Shown piece after piece: positions 19,484 through 29,239 of a stretch of DNA of 64,000 nt. Source of the stretch: a virus. The first letter of the stretch is position 1. The number at the start of each line of letters is the position of its first letter. The notes beneath the pieces are model-generated. The model saw only the letters and a program-made list of their open reading frames with translations. It was not told the origin of the DNA and searched no databases. The position numbers and the translations under genes were made by a program. The DNA lies in the IMG/VR virus record IMGVR_UViG_3300009502_000041, positions 1-64,000 of that record; one strand, written 5' to 3'.

Positions 19484-19890
19484 TATTGTATTACCCCAAA
19501 TCCTTTAATATATGTAATTGTTGACCCAAACACACTAACAGGACCTGTTGGAGAAATACCGAAAGCAGATACTGCCATCCCGGGCGGTATTCCTACACTA
19601 ATAACAGCATCTTGCTGAAAAGCATTCACGATTTCCTCAATAGCAATCCTCCACATCTTTTCATCGGGATTAATTGCTCCCGATGGTAATGCACCAACAG
19701 GTAAACCCGCCTCACTCTTTCTCGCTATTATATTTGAGGCAATTTTTGTTGGTGATAATCCTGTACGTTGAGGAACACCTGTTAAAATAAGTGGAACTGG
19801 AATTTGTGGCGGAACACCAATAGACGATAATTGTAATATTTTATCAAAACCGTCAATAATCGATTCGGGACTATTAAAATCAATTGCCAT
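19483..19890 (-). CDS. putative virion/baseplate protein
   Basis: 135 aa, Pro/Gly-rich, in the gp5-like operon. Confidence 0.55.
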   Translation of the reverse strand: MAIDFNSPESIIDGFDKILQLSSIGVPPQIPVPLILTGVPQRTGLSPTKIASNIIARKSEAGLPVGALPSGAINPDEKMWRIAIEEIVNAFQQDAVISVGIPPGMAVSAFGISPTGPVSVFGSTITYIKGFGVIQ

Positions 19891-20065
19891 TTTTGTTTTC
19901 CTTTAATTCTTTAATGCCTATCCATTTCCAGCCTAAGAATAATCTTGTGGCAAATCTTCTAAACCAATTTGGTTTAATTGAAGTTGCCAATTGTGTTCCA
20001 TTTATATCTTTATCAATAAGATATACGCCCAGAAATTTCTTATTTATTTTTTGATCTACTATCAT
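19880..20065 (-). CDS. hypothetical protein
   Basis: 61 aa; KPNWFRRF..RLFLGWKW. Confidence 0.6.
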   Translation of the reverse strand: MIVDQKINKKFLGVYLIDKDINGTQLATSIKPNWFRRFATRLFLGWKWIGIKELKENKNGN

Positions 20066-20097
20066 AACATATAATTTAAATTATTAATTTTTATTAT

Positions 20098-21420
20098 TTA
20101 TCCAGAACTAACAACCTTTGCTATTTTTGTGGGTAATAAACTTTTTAATATTTTTATATATTGATTAATTTTTTCTTTTAAAACCATTTTTATTATAGGT
20201 ACGAGTAGTAATATTAAATATTTCTTCACTAAATTAAAAATATATTCAGTAATCATTGCAATAATTTGTTTTACGTTACATTTAATAAAAATTTTAAACT
20301 TCTTTAAATCATCTTTAGCCTGACTTATTAATATTTGACCGTTATTTTGTAATCCACTAATAATACCCAAAAGAGTACGTACTTGTGGTGATGTTGTTAA
20401 TGCTTTGGCTAATGATTGTGTAATAAATTGAATTATTTTTTGAAAAAACCCGTCTTTAATTGAGTCTTTGTTTTCATCTGCAACTGTTTGATCAGAAATA
20501 CTTTTATTAATACTATCATTAATTTGATTACCAACATAAAAAGAATCGGTTGATCCAGATATATTTGACACAATATTACTTAAATCATTTAAGGATAATT
20601 TTGCTCCATATACTCCACATCCCATATCATAATTAACAACCCCATTAACCATTTCATTTGCCTTGGTTAATAATTCATCATTATCATTAGGAGAAAGTTC
20701 AAAAGTATCGTTATCATCATCAATTAATTGCTGAATTAATTTGTCAACAACTAATTCTTGGTATACCTCATCAACTGTTTTATTTTGACCATTGGTAATA
20801 CTCCCATAAATTTTATTCATTACATTACTGATAATTTCTTTTTTATCAATAATTGTTAAGCTGTCAATATATTTATTTGTCCAAGTACCAATAGTCGCAG
20901 CTGGATCGCCTTTTAATGTTATTTTATCGGTAATTGAAGAATATGTCATATTTAAACCGCCAATACTTGTGGTACTTTCATTTTTAATTGCACTATATAA
21001 CGAATTATCAAAATTAGGTTTAATTTTTTCATAAAGTAAACTTCCTACTTTTGAATCTGGATTAGTTTTTAATTTACCATAAACATCAATATTTTTTACA
21101 GGTATTTGATACCCCGTTACAGAAAATGCTGTGGGTAAATTAATACCAGAATTAAATTGAGTTGCTTGTTTTTTTAATGCATCTTTCATTTTAGGTTCAA
21201 TACCATCAATAAATTTTGTTAATAATTCACCAGTTAATTCTTGAAGTGCTACAGTACCGACAATTACCTTCAGAGTATCTAATAAAAACGGAATAACGTC
21301 TTTTTTATTGTTGATTGAAGGGAAAAGGTTTGTAGTGTTCGTTTTATCAATAGTTTGAATAATTGATGTATACGAACCAATTTTACTAAAAACATTTTTT
21401 TTACTATCACTCAAACTCAT
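20098..21420 (-). CDS. hypothetical (probable virion) protein
   Basis: 440-aa ORF in the late operon upstream of the gp5-like gene. Confidence 0.7.
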   Translation of the reverse strand: MSLSDSKKNVFSKIGSYTSIIQTIDKTNTTNLFPSINNKKDVIPFLLDTLKVIVGTVALQELTGELLTKFIDGIEPKMKDALKKQATQFNSGINLPTAFSVTGYQIPVKNIDVYGKLKTNPDSKVGSLLYEKIKPNFDNSLYSAIKNESTTSIGGLNMTYSSITDKITLKGDPAATIGTWTNKYIDSLTIIDKKEIISNVMNKIYGSITNGQNKTVDEVYQELVVDKLIQQLIDDDNDTFELSPNDNDELLTKANEMVNGVVNYDMGCGVYGAKLSLNDLSNIVSNISGSTDSFYVGNQINDSINKSISDQTVADENKDSIKDGFFQKIIQFITQSLAKALTTSPQVRTLLGIISGLQNNGQILISQAKDDLKKFKIFIKCNVKQIIAMITEYIFNLVKKYLILLLVPIIKMVLKEKINQYIKILKSLLPTKIAKVVSSG

Positions 21421-21806
21421 TATTTACTATTATTTTGTTTTTTTCTCTCAATTTCACTCTGAACAAAATTTAATAATTCATTTCTTCTATCTGTTGTTAA
21501 TGTTCCAGTTTCTTCAGATTTTGATGTTTCGTTGTTGTTATTAGATTTATTATCAAAAACCACCTCTTTCAAATATTTTAACAACATGATTTTTTGATCT
21601 TGATTTTTTGCTTCAGCAGCAATAAGTTTAACAATCTGATCACCAATTGCGGCAACTTCACCACTTTCTTTTACTTTAGTTTCCCACTTAGTAAAAAGTC
21701 TAGTGATTTTTGCTTTAATGTTATACGAGTCATCGTAAATTTCTTGAAGCAGTTTATTTACACTTTCTTCATTGAATTGCAGGCGTTTACGTAAAGGTCT
21801 TGGCAT
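21420..21806 (-). CDS. hypothetical helical protein
   Basis: 128 aa; GTATTTAT at 21829-21836 upstream. Confidence 0.7.
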   Translation of the reverse strand: MPRPLRKRLQFNEESVNKLLQEIYDDSYNIKAKITRLFTKWETKVKESGEVAAIGDQIVKLIAAEAKNQDQKIMLLKYLKEVVFDNKSNNNNETSKSEETGTLTTDRRNELLNFVQSEIERKKQNNSK

Positions 21807-21839
21807 TGTAAATATAGTTTTAGTACATATAAATACTAG

Positions 21840-21995
21840 TTATTTTGATTTATATATATTATTAAAAAATCCACGTTTTAGTATTACGCTTGTACTTATA
21901 CGGTAAGTTAAAATATCTTTTTTATAATAATCATGAGTAAAATCGGCTATTTTATCAATTTGTTCTTTAATACAAGCTATTCTATAAGACATCAT
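21840..21995 (-). CDS. possible small ORF or gene remnant (51 aa)
   Basis: MMSYRIACIKEQIDKIADF...NIYKSK; preceded by GTATTTAT (22024-22031) and a TTCCACC/GGTGGAA hairpin. Confidence 0.3.
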   Translation of the reverse strand: MMSYRIACIKEQIDKIADFTHDYYKKDILTYRISTSVILKRGFFNNIYKSK

Positions 21996-22125
21996 TCCAC
22001 CAAATTTTTTTAGGGTGGAAGTAATAAATACTTTATAACAATTAAACTACATGTCACATTATATACATAATCATATCATTTTTTATATTTATATTCATAA
22101 TGTTTATATTTTTTATTAATTAATA

Positions 22126-22992
22126 TTAGTCATCTAAATAATCAAATTTCTCAATAAAATAAATATCTTTAAATGGTTTAATTGCAATTCGTATTTCCTT
22201 GGCTGATAAATTTGTTTGTTCTTTTAAAAAAAATAATATTTTATTTTTTGCAAATTTATTTGTAATTCTTTTATTAAATCTACCATCTGGACTATCTTCC
22301 ATAAACAACACATGCCAATTTTTTAAAACATTAACAATTGCATCTCCAACAATAATTTCGTTTTTTTTCATTAAACAATCACCATTGATTTTAATTTCAA
22401 TTTTATTAACAACTCCGTTAATTAATTTTTCAAGTTGGTGTTGATTTTCCATTTCAATTTCATAAGTATATTCACCATTCTCATTAATTTCGTCAACATA
22501 GTCATCAAACGGTAAATTAATTTTCATTTCAGTATAACTTTTTTTACCATGATCTTTATAAAAATTTCTGATTATCGTTTGACAATAACTAAACGCCCTT
22601 GAATTAAATATTCGATAATTATTTATTTGGTCTTCATTAATTAAATCATTTAATCTATAATTTGCTTCTTCCACAAACCAGAATCTATTATTAATATCTA
22701 ATTTATTCCATTTAGACGTTCCACATTTATTAATTTCAATAATAAATGGTCTATACTTAATCATATTTTCAATTAAATGAGAAAGTGCGTTTGATTCCAC
22801 TTCAATCATATCATAATTACCAATATATATTGGGTAACGTCTTAATATAGATTGTATCATTTTTCGAAAAGGTTCTATAAGAATTTCGTTATATATCTTA
22901 TTTTTTTCCTCAAATGAATTTGATTTAATGTAGTTTAAAACTGCATTCTCTTCTTTTTCGGCAAAATACGGTGTATTATTTTCATTTTTCAT
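22126..22992 (-). CDS. putative late-transcription sigma factor (T4 gp55-like)
   Basis: N-terminal YF, FRKMIQSILRRY, EVESNALSHL..KY and RAFSYCQTIIRN match sigma region-2-like gp55 motifs. Confidence 0.65.
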   Translation of the reverse strand: MKNENNTPYFAEKEENAVLNYIKSNSFEEKNKIYNEILIEPFRKMIQSILRRYPIYIGNYDMIEVESNALSHLIENMIKYRPFIIEINKCGTSKWNKLDINNRFWFVEEANYRLNDLINEDQINNYRIFNSRAFSYCQTIIRNFYKDHGKKSYTEMKINLPFDDYVDEINENGEYTYEIEMENQHQLEKLINGVVNKIEIKINGDCLMKKNEIIVGDAIVNVLKNWHVLFMEDSPDGRFNKRITNKFAKNKILFFLKEQTNLSAKEIRIAIKPFKDIYFIEKFDYLDD

Positions 22993-23019
22993 TATTTAAA
23001 ATAGATTCAATATATAGTA

Positions 23020-23844
23020 TTATTCCGAAATTATTTGTTTATGAAGTCTTGACACATCAATTGTCCTGTCGTTCATAATGTTTGCTTCTGTGGTTGCAGT
23101 ATCAAACCAGAACTTTCTTTCGTTAACTGACATAGTTTTTAAATAATTATCAAAGAGACTATTTTCTCTTGTTGCAAGGTGTTTATATCCAATTTTAGGT
23201 ATTGAAAATACTTTACATGCATTATTTAATGCCCTGAGTAAAAATTCATACATGAAGCTTAATTTAATGTTTGATTTATACCCCCCAAGATTTTCAAATT
23301 CCAATTTCTTTATAATTGCACCCGATAATTTAAAATCACTATATTGCTTTAATGCATTTGCATTTAAATAACCCATTTCGCCATTTTCGCCCACAAACTG
23401 TTGTGCCCACACAGTTTCATTGGTTAATTTAATACCCTCATTTTTTTCATTAACCTCAATCATCATAGTTAAAAAGATATCAATATTAGGAAATGACTCA
23501 ATGTATTTATTTGCATTCTTGAAATAAGTGGTACTATACTCATCATCAAATTCAAGTACCGAGAAATATTCGGTTGTTACAGATTTTACCGCAAGATTTA
23601 CTTGAGATTGATAATCCGTTTTACCTTCATTTTTGAGATATGTAACATCTGGATGAACATAATTATAAACTTTCATTTGTTCTTCAATCTCTGGAGGATA
23701 TACTATAATCACTTTCGGTAAATTAAGACTTAAGTCTTCATTAACAAGATCTTCTTGTTTAAGTATTGATTCAATTGCTTTATTTAGGTAGTTGTTAACC
23801 ACATCATTATATTCGTGAACTGGAATTATTACTGTAATATTCAT
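23020..23844 (-). CDS. glycosyltransferase family 2
   Basis: MNITVIIPVHEY, YFSVLEFDD; GT-A pattern. Confidence 0.85.
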   Translation of the reverse strand: MNITVIIPVHEYNDVVNNYLNKAIESILKQEDLVNEDLSLNLPKVIIVYPPEIEEQMKVYNYVHPDVTYLKNEGKTDYQSQVNLAVKSVTTEYFSVLEFDDEYSTTYFKNANKYIESFPNIDIFLTMMIEVNEKNEGIKLTNETVWAQQFVGENGEMGYLNANALKQYSDFKLSGAIIKKLEFENLGGYKSNIKLSFMYEFLLRALNNACKVFSIPKIGYKHLATRENSLFDNYLKTMSVNERKFWFDTATTEANIMNDRTIDVSRLHKQIISE

Positions 23845-23866
23845 TTTTATATTTTTTAATTTAAAA

Positions 23867-25009
23867 TTATTCTTTTGTTTCTGGTTCAATTGCTTTTTGC
23901 ATTAAAATTATTCTATCATTAAGAAATCCTTGATAAACTTCAGTTAATTGATTTTCGGCAGCTTCTTGAGTGTATTTTGCAACCACAACATCCATTGATT
24001 CATATAGTTTAGCATCAACATTATCATCTAAGAATTTAATTAAAACCTCACCAACTAACACTGGTAGATCATAATAATTATCAGTCCAAACTCCAGCGCC
24101 TTCAACAACATTTGTCACTATACCATTTTCATCTCTTTTAACCATAAATTCTGGCATAATATCTGGTTTTAAACAAATTGGAACTACTCCCGATTTCATG
24201 CACTCTAAAGGAAACGTACCAAAAGAAGCAATTCTATCAATCCAAACTGCAGCAAAGTTACCTTGTAATCTTTTTGCAAAATCAATTCTACGCATTGCCT
24301 GTGGCGGTTTGCTCTTTGTAAGCATAGGGTCAAACGTTACCCAACTATATTGTGGATATCTGCTAAAGAATAACTTGACTAGTTTTGAAATTTCATTTGC
24401 ATTTCTACCTATTACAGAAATAACAGGTTTTTGTGGTAATTTTGATTTTTCAAAATAATCTGGAATACCAATATTATATGTTTTAATGTTAAACTTATTA
24501 GTTCCATAGAATGTTTCAACCCATTCTTTAAGTGTTTGTGAGGTTGTAATAATATCATTAATACCAAAAGATTTCCAATCAGTACCCGGGATTAAACTAT
24601 TCACCATATAATCAACAGATTGCAATAATCCAATTCTTATACATGGCAAATTTTTGGTTTGTTCCATAACGTTTGAATATACTTCGGGAATGACCATCAC
24701 GTCTTCAGGTCCGACCATCAGTTTAGGGTCTGACATTGACATGTGTTTAAAACCCGTTAATTCTTTCTCAATCCAAGCGGGAACAGCATAGTCACCCTTT
24801 TCAACCAACATAATTACTTCATATCCCATATTTTTTACAACTGTTGCATGGAAATAAATTTCATACACACTTGCCACAGGACTTTGTGCTTCGGGTACAA
24901 CAAATAAAAATTTTGATTTTTTTTCTGCCATTTTACCAAGTGATTCTTTAATTTTCTCAATTTTTTCTAATTCAGCCTTTTGAACTTCATTATTTAATAC
25001 TTCGCTCAT
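23867..25009 (-). CDS. GT-B fold (GT4-like) glycosyltransferase
   Basis: VMVIPEV, ASFGTFPLECMKSGVVPI (EX7E-like signature). Confidence 0.75.
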   Translation of the reverse strand: MSEVLNNEVQKAELEKIEKIKESLGKMAEKKSKFLFVVPEAQSPVASVYEIYFHATVVKNMGYEVIMLVEKGDYAVPAWIEKELTGFKHMSMSDPKLMVGPEDVMVIPEVYSNVMEQTKNLPCIRIGLLQSVDYMVNSLIPGTDWKSFGINDIITTSQTLKEWVETFYGTNKFNIKTYNIGIPDYFEKSKLPQKPVISVIGRNANEISKLVKLFFSRYPQYSWVTFDPMLTKSKPPQAMRRIDFAKRLQGNFAAVWIDRIASFGTFPLECMKSGVVPICLKPDIMPEFMVKRDENGIVTNVVEGAGVWTDNYYDLPVLVGEVLIKFLDDNVDAKLYESMDVVVAKYTQEAAENQLTEVYQGFLNDRIILMQKAIEPETKE

Positions 25010-25013
25010 TTTT

Positions 25014-25751
25014 TTAATTTTTAAATTTAATTATTTTTTCAAATTCTGGATTTTCGTATAATTCAGCAATTTGTAATATTTCTAAAGAACCAGATTTAAT
25101 GTTTTCATTATATGGTCTTTTTACTTTAATTAATTTTTGTCCCCAAGGAGCACCTAATTGTAATATTTCAGGGTCTGTTGTAATTAATACATCAATATCT
25201 TTCCACATTTCGGTTGCTTTATCAACAAAACAAATATTTTTAAATCTAGATGTCATCTTACTTAAAAAGAAAAGTGTTGATGGAATGCTAAATCTATTTT
25301 CAACAGAAAATAATGTAAATTCTACACTATCACCATATTTTAAAAGAAAATTATTTACATGTAAATCCATTTGCTTATACATAATCGGTGCAGATGCATG
25401 AATTTCAAAAACAAAATCTTCATACATAAACCTATTATATACTTCTTTTGCAGTTAATTTAATCTCTTTAGGTGCTTTAAACAAAAAAGCATCTGCTGGT
25501 GCTTCACCAAGTTTTTCATCGTGTTGATAATCCAAAGGATTAATGTCTTCGGGAAGATCACCCGGTTCTTTCAATTCTTTAATCACCTCAACAGTATCTT
25601 TCCAAGGATAATTCTTAAAAAAGTCATATACATATGGTTGTTCAGGAACACCCTCATCGGTGAACTCTTGACAAAAGAATCGATCTGTCTGAATCCATTT
25701 ACTTCTGAACACCTCATTAATATCAATACCCACCCTTATTTTCTTACTCAT
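25014..25751 (-). CDS. HAD-family 5'(3')-nucleotidase-like protein
   Basis: RVGIDINEV motif I, IDVLITTDP, IKVKRPYN. Confidence 0.65.
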   Translation of the reverse strand: MSKKIRVGIDINEVFRSKWIQTDRFFCQEFTDEGVPEQPYVYDFFKNYPWKDTVEVIKELKEPGDLPEDINPLDYQHDEKLGEAPADAFLFKAPKEIKLTAKEVYNRFMYEDFVFEIHASAPIMYKQMDLHVNNFLLKYGDSVEFTLFSVENRFSIPSTLFFLSKMTSRFKNICFVDKATEMWKDIDVLITTDPEILQLGAPWGQKLIKVKRPYNENIKSGSLEILQIAELYENPEFEKIIKFKN

Positions 25752-26022
25752 TTTTTAATTTTAATTGTTCCAATTGATATTGGAGATTTTCTTGTAATTT
25801 TTTCATCATTTCTGTATGTTCAAAAATTAATTCACTATCTGTAATATATTTTGGGTTTATACATTCTATTTTTATATTAGTAGATTGTATTGGTATTGAT
25901 ATGATTTCACCCTCAAACGTGCTGGGAATAATTTTTTTTGTTACATTTGTAACAAAACTAGGTATGTCTTCACTACGCACCCCTGCAATTCCAACATATA
26001 TTACAAATATTTTAGTTTCCAT
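25744..26022 (-). CDS. hypothetical protein
   Basis: ~92 aa from METKIFVIYVG; IECINPKY. Confidence 0.65.
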   Translation of the reverse strand: METKIFVIYVGIAGVRSEDIPSFVTNVTKKIIPSTFEGEIISIPIQSTNIKIECINPKYITDSELIFEHTEMMKKLQENLQYQLEQLKLKNE

Positions 26023-27190
26023 TTTTAGACTCACTTAATAATTGTTTATTTACTTTTATAAATAACTTACAGTCATCAATTAAATTATTTTTTTTCATGT
26101 AATTAAAATAATTATAATTATCATATTTAATAGTTGTAATATTAGGTATATTATTATCTGTAATATGTTTTTGAATAATTTCAAAATTTATTACTTCTTT
26201 AAATTTATTTAATAGATGTTTTAAATTATTTCTCATTACATACAAATAACAACCATAATTATTTATAAACAATTCATTATATGAATTACATTTATTAATT
26301 ACATTTATAGCCAATTCAACATTCCAACAAATACGATCTTTAATTAAGTGTTTAGTGTATTCATTCAATAATTTGGTTTTTTTTAATAGATTATATGTTT
26401 TAGGTTCATTAATAATAAAATCATGGTAATTATTATATTTTTCAATAATTTTAACAACATCGTTTACATTAAAAATATTATTTTTTATTAGTTGATATAA
26501 ATATTTATCATTAATTTCTAATATTTTATTTTCAGTAATATTTGAATTGGTAATATTATTAATTATATGTAAATTTGTTATAAGCTGTTGTTTTATGTCA
26601 AAAATATATTTTTTACTAACTTCATTAATAACAATTAAACTGATGTTATTATTTATACATAAATCAAATTTAATTTTATCTTTAATATTATCAGTGTGCC
26701 ACTGTTTACCATTGTATTCAAATCCTAAATTAAATTCTTCAATATAAATATCAATTTCATAAGGTTTTATTGCCTTTCGATTATTATATTCAACAATACA
26801 ATTAGGAAATAAAATTTTTAAAATTTCAAATAGTAATAATTGTGGGGTAGAGTAATGCTGTTTAATCATGTGTTTACAAACATCATCAACAATTTTTAAT
26901 TGTCGACACGTTGTATACGCACTTGGGTCAGCTAACTGAAATTCACCTCTGGTTTTATATTTTAATGCAACTTCTGTTAAATATTCTATATTTAAATCTC
27001 TACCCACCATTTTATTTCTTTTTCCAATTTGTTTTGAGATATGTAATACAGATTTTCTTAAATTAAGCTCATTCGCTTTATTAGAAATACCCTTTTCAGA
27101 CCTATTCAAAATAATTGATAATTCCAAATCACTTTTGTTTAAAAAATTAGCTTTTAGGTAATCAATATCCGTTTTTATCCAATAATTCAT
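26012..27190 (-). CDS. putative homing endonuclease (helical repeats plus Vsr/PD-(D/E)XK-like domain)
   Basis: ALKYKTRGEF..SAY..DDVCKHM repeat; PYEIDIYIEEFNLGFEYNGKQWH; likely start MNYW at 27190. Confidence 0.7.
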   Translation of the reverse strand: MNYWIKTDIDYLKANFLNKSDLELSIILNRSEKGISNKANELNLRKSVLHISKQIGKRNKMVGRDLNIEYLTEVALKYKTRGEFQLADPSAYTTCRQLKIVDDVCKHMIKQHYSTPQLLLFEILKILFPNCIVEYNNRKAIKPYEIDIYIEEFNLGFEYNGKQWHTDNIKDKIKFDLCINNNISLIVINEVSKKYIFDIKQQLITNLHIINNITNSNITENKILEINDKYLYQLIKNNIFNVNDVVKIIEKYNNYHDFIINEPKTYNLLKKTKLLNEYTKHLIKDRICWNVELAINVINKCNSYNELFINNYGCYLYVMRNNLKHLLNKFKEVINFEIIQKHITDNNIPNITTIKYDNYNYFNYMKKNNLIDDCKLFIKVNKQLLSESKNGN

Positions 27191-27191
27191 T

Positions 27192-27962
27192 TTATTTTCT
27201 TTTTTCTTTAAAGTACTCGTCAAATTTATTTTCAATAACATCAATAAGCGGATTTCTAACATTTTTATCAGCATTACTCATTTCAACAACACCAATATTT
27301 TCAGTATTATTAAACATTTTAATTAAATGTTTTAATGAACTGTCTGATTTATTTGTAATATCAATTTGATTGGTATCACCTAACATAATTAATTTACAAT
27401 TTTCCCCAATGCGAGTCATTGAGGTATGTGAATTATCCATCGTTATATTTTGTGCTTCATCACTGATTATTAAGCAATTATCTAAACTAACCCCACGCAT
27501 AAACGCAAGTGGTAATGGTTTAACAATTTCTTTTTCAATTAAAGATTTTAATGCAATGCTCCCAATTATTTTTTCCATGTTAATATAATAACTTAACATG
27601 AAGGGTGTTATTTTATCGTCCAAACTTCCTTTAAGATAACCTAAATCTTCTGATTTTAAAGTAGTTACCGATTTTACTAAATATATTTTATTATAACCAT
27701 TTTCTTTTTTTCTTAAAAGACTTAAAGCATATGCAACAGCAATATAAGTTTTACCAGAACCTGCTCTACCACCGCATATTGTAATTTCATTATTTTTTAT
27801 TGAGTTTATTAAATTTTTTTGACTGTCATTTTTTGCTGTTAATTTTATTTCTGTTTTTATAATTTTACTAATTTCTTCTTTAACCCTTGAAGAAACAATA
27901 TTACAATCTGTTGATGTTAGTTCCTGAAAATCCTTTTCTTCCTTAACTCTATCCCTGCCCAT
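27192..27962 (-). CDS. phoH: PhoH-family ATPase
   Basis: G.AGSGKTY, LGYLKG, PLAFMRG, IISDEAQN, TRIGEN, GD..QID, VRNPLI. Confidence 0.95.
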   Translation of the reverse strand: MGRDRVKEEKDFQELTSTDCNIVSSRVKEEISKIIKTEIKLTAKNDSQKNLINSIKNNEITICGGRAGSGKTYIAVAYALSLLRKKENGYNKIYLVKSVTTLKSEDLGYLKGSLDDKITPFMLSYYINMEKIIGSIALKSLIEKEIVKPLPLAFMRGVSLDNCLIISDEAQNITMDNSHTSMTRIGENCKLIMLGDTNQIDITNKSDSSLKHLIKMFNNTENIGVVEMSNADKNVRNPLIDVIENKFDEYFKEKRK

Positions 27963-28118
27963 AAATTATATTTAATGTTTTACTTTAAGTAATTTTTATA
28001 AAATGTTTTTAACCATACATGTTAATAACTACTATTACGTAATTTAATTTAAAATCTTGAATTATGTTACAAAATTTTTTTTATAGTATTTATTGAAAAA
28101 CTATAAAATTTTATAATT

Positions 28119-29048
28119 ATGGAAAATAATAAATTACCTCAAAGAGAAAGTGTTTCAGATGCATTAAAAAAATATAAAGAAGCGAATGATAAAGTATCTG
28201 ATGAATCACAATATGTAAATTCAGTTTCAAATGTCTCAAATGTTTCAATTCCAAAACCAACACAATTTAATCAACAGGATTTTGAAAAAACAATGACTAA
28301 AGAAACTGATCCAGATTTAATGACTTCTTATGAAGTAGTTAAATTACCATCAAAAGGCATGTTTTATTCACATGGTATTTCAGAAGTCAATGTTGAATAT
28401 ATGACTTCAAAAGACGAAGATTTATTAACTACACCATCATTAATTGAAAATGGAACTGTTTTAGATAAACTTTTAAAAAGAAAAATTAAAACTCAAGGAA
28501 TTAATATTGATGAATTATTAACGGGCGATAGAAATGCAATCATTTTATTTCTTCGTACTTCGAGTTATGGTTCAGACTATACAGTACAAGTAACTGACCC
28601 AAGATCAGGCATACCGTTTACAACTACAGTTAATTTATTAAAATTACAATATAAAGAACCTAAAGAATTTCCTGATGAATTTGGATATTTTTCTGTGGAA
28701 CTTCCTATGCGTAAAAAAACTGTTAAATTTAAATTATTAAGTTCAGGTGATGAAAATTTAATCTTTAAAAAAGCAGAATCAATTAAAGAAGTGTATAATG
28801 AAGAATTTAGCCAGTATAACACAATGAAATTAAAATCACACATTGTTGCGATTAATGAAAAGGCTGATAGGTCATATATTGACAGATTTATTGATGCAAT
28901 GCCTGCTTTAGATGCATATACCATTCGTAAAAAATTGATGGAAGTATCTCCAGATGTTGATATGAATTATGAATTTATGACCAATGATGGTTATAAATTT
29001 TACACAAGTTTAAGTGTTGGTGTAGATTTTTTTTTCCCTCAAATTTAG
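28119..29048 (+). CDS. baseplate hub/tail assembly chaperone (gp26-like)
   Basis: VKLPSKGMFY, YMTSKDEDLL, GDRNAI..FLR..SYG, C-terminal GVDFFFP; GTATTTAT at 28086-28093. Confidence 0.8.
   Translation: MENNKLPQRESVSDALKKYKEANDKVSDESQYVNSVSNVSNVSIPKPTQFNQQDFEKTMTKETDPDLMTSYEVVKLPSKGMFYSHGISEVNVEYMTSKDEDLLTTPSLIENGTVLDKLLKRKIKTQGINIDELLTGDRNAIILFLRTSSYGSDYTVQVTDPRSGIPFTTTVNLLKLQYKEPKEFPDEFGYFSVELPMRKKTVKFKLLSSGDENLIFKKAESIKEVYNEEFSQYNTMKLKSHIVAINEKADRSYIDRFIDAMPALDAYTIRKKLMEVSPDVDMNYEFMTNDGYKFYTSLSVGVDFFFPQI
29027..29036 (+). other. candidate -1 ribosomal frameshift slippery site (T9C)
   Basis: GAT TTT TTT TTC just before the stop; the -1 frame is open into the downstream ORF. Confidence 0.65.
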
Positions 29049-29065
29049 CGGGTGAGTATAAGAAG

Positions 29066-29239
29066 ATGGTTGATGAAGAAATCTTCATTTTAACTAAACA
29101 CGCCAAATTTCAAGCAGAATATATTGAGAAACTTCCAATATATCGTAGACGACATTTCTTATATTTACTTCAAAGAGAGAATGAAGAAGTAGAAAAAATG
29201 CAAGATAAAGCAAGAAGTAAGAATAATAGACCAAGGTAA
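29066..29239 (+). CDS. gp51-like/tail chaperone C-terminal ORF (not in ORF track)
   Basis: MVDEEIFILTKHAKFQAEYIEKLPIYRRRHFLYLLQRENEE; -1 frame relative to 28119..29048. Confidence 0.75.
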   Translation: MVDEEIFILTKHAKFQAEYIEKLPIYRRRHFLYLLQRENEEVEKMQDKARSKNNRPR

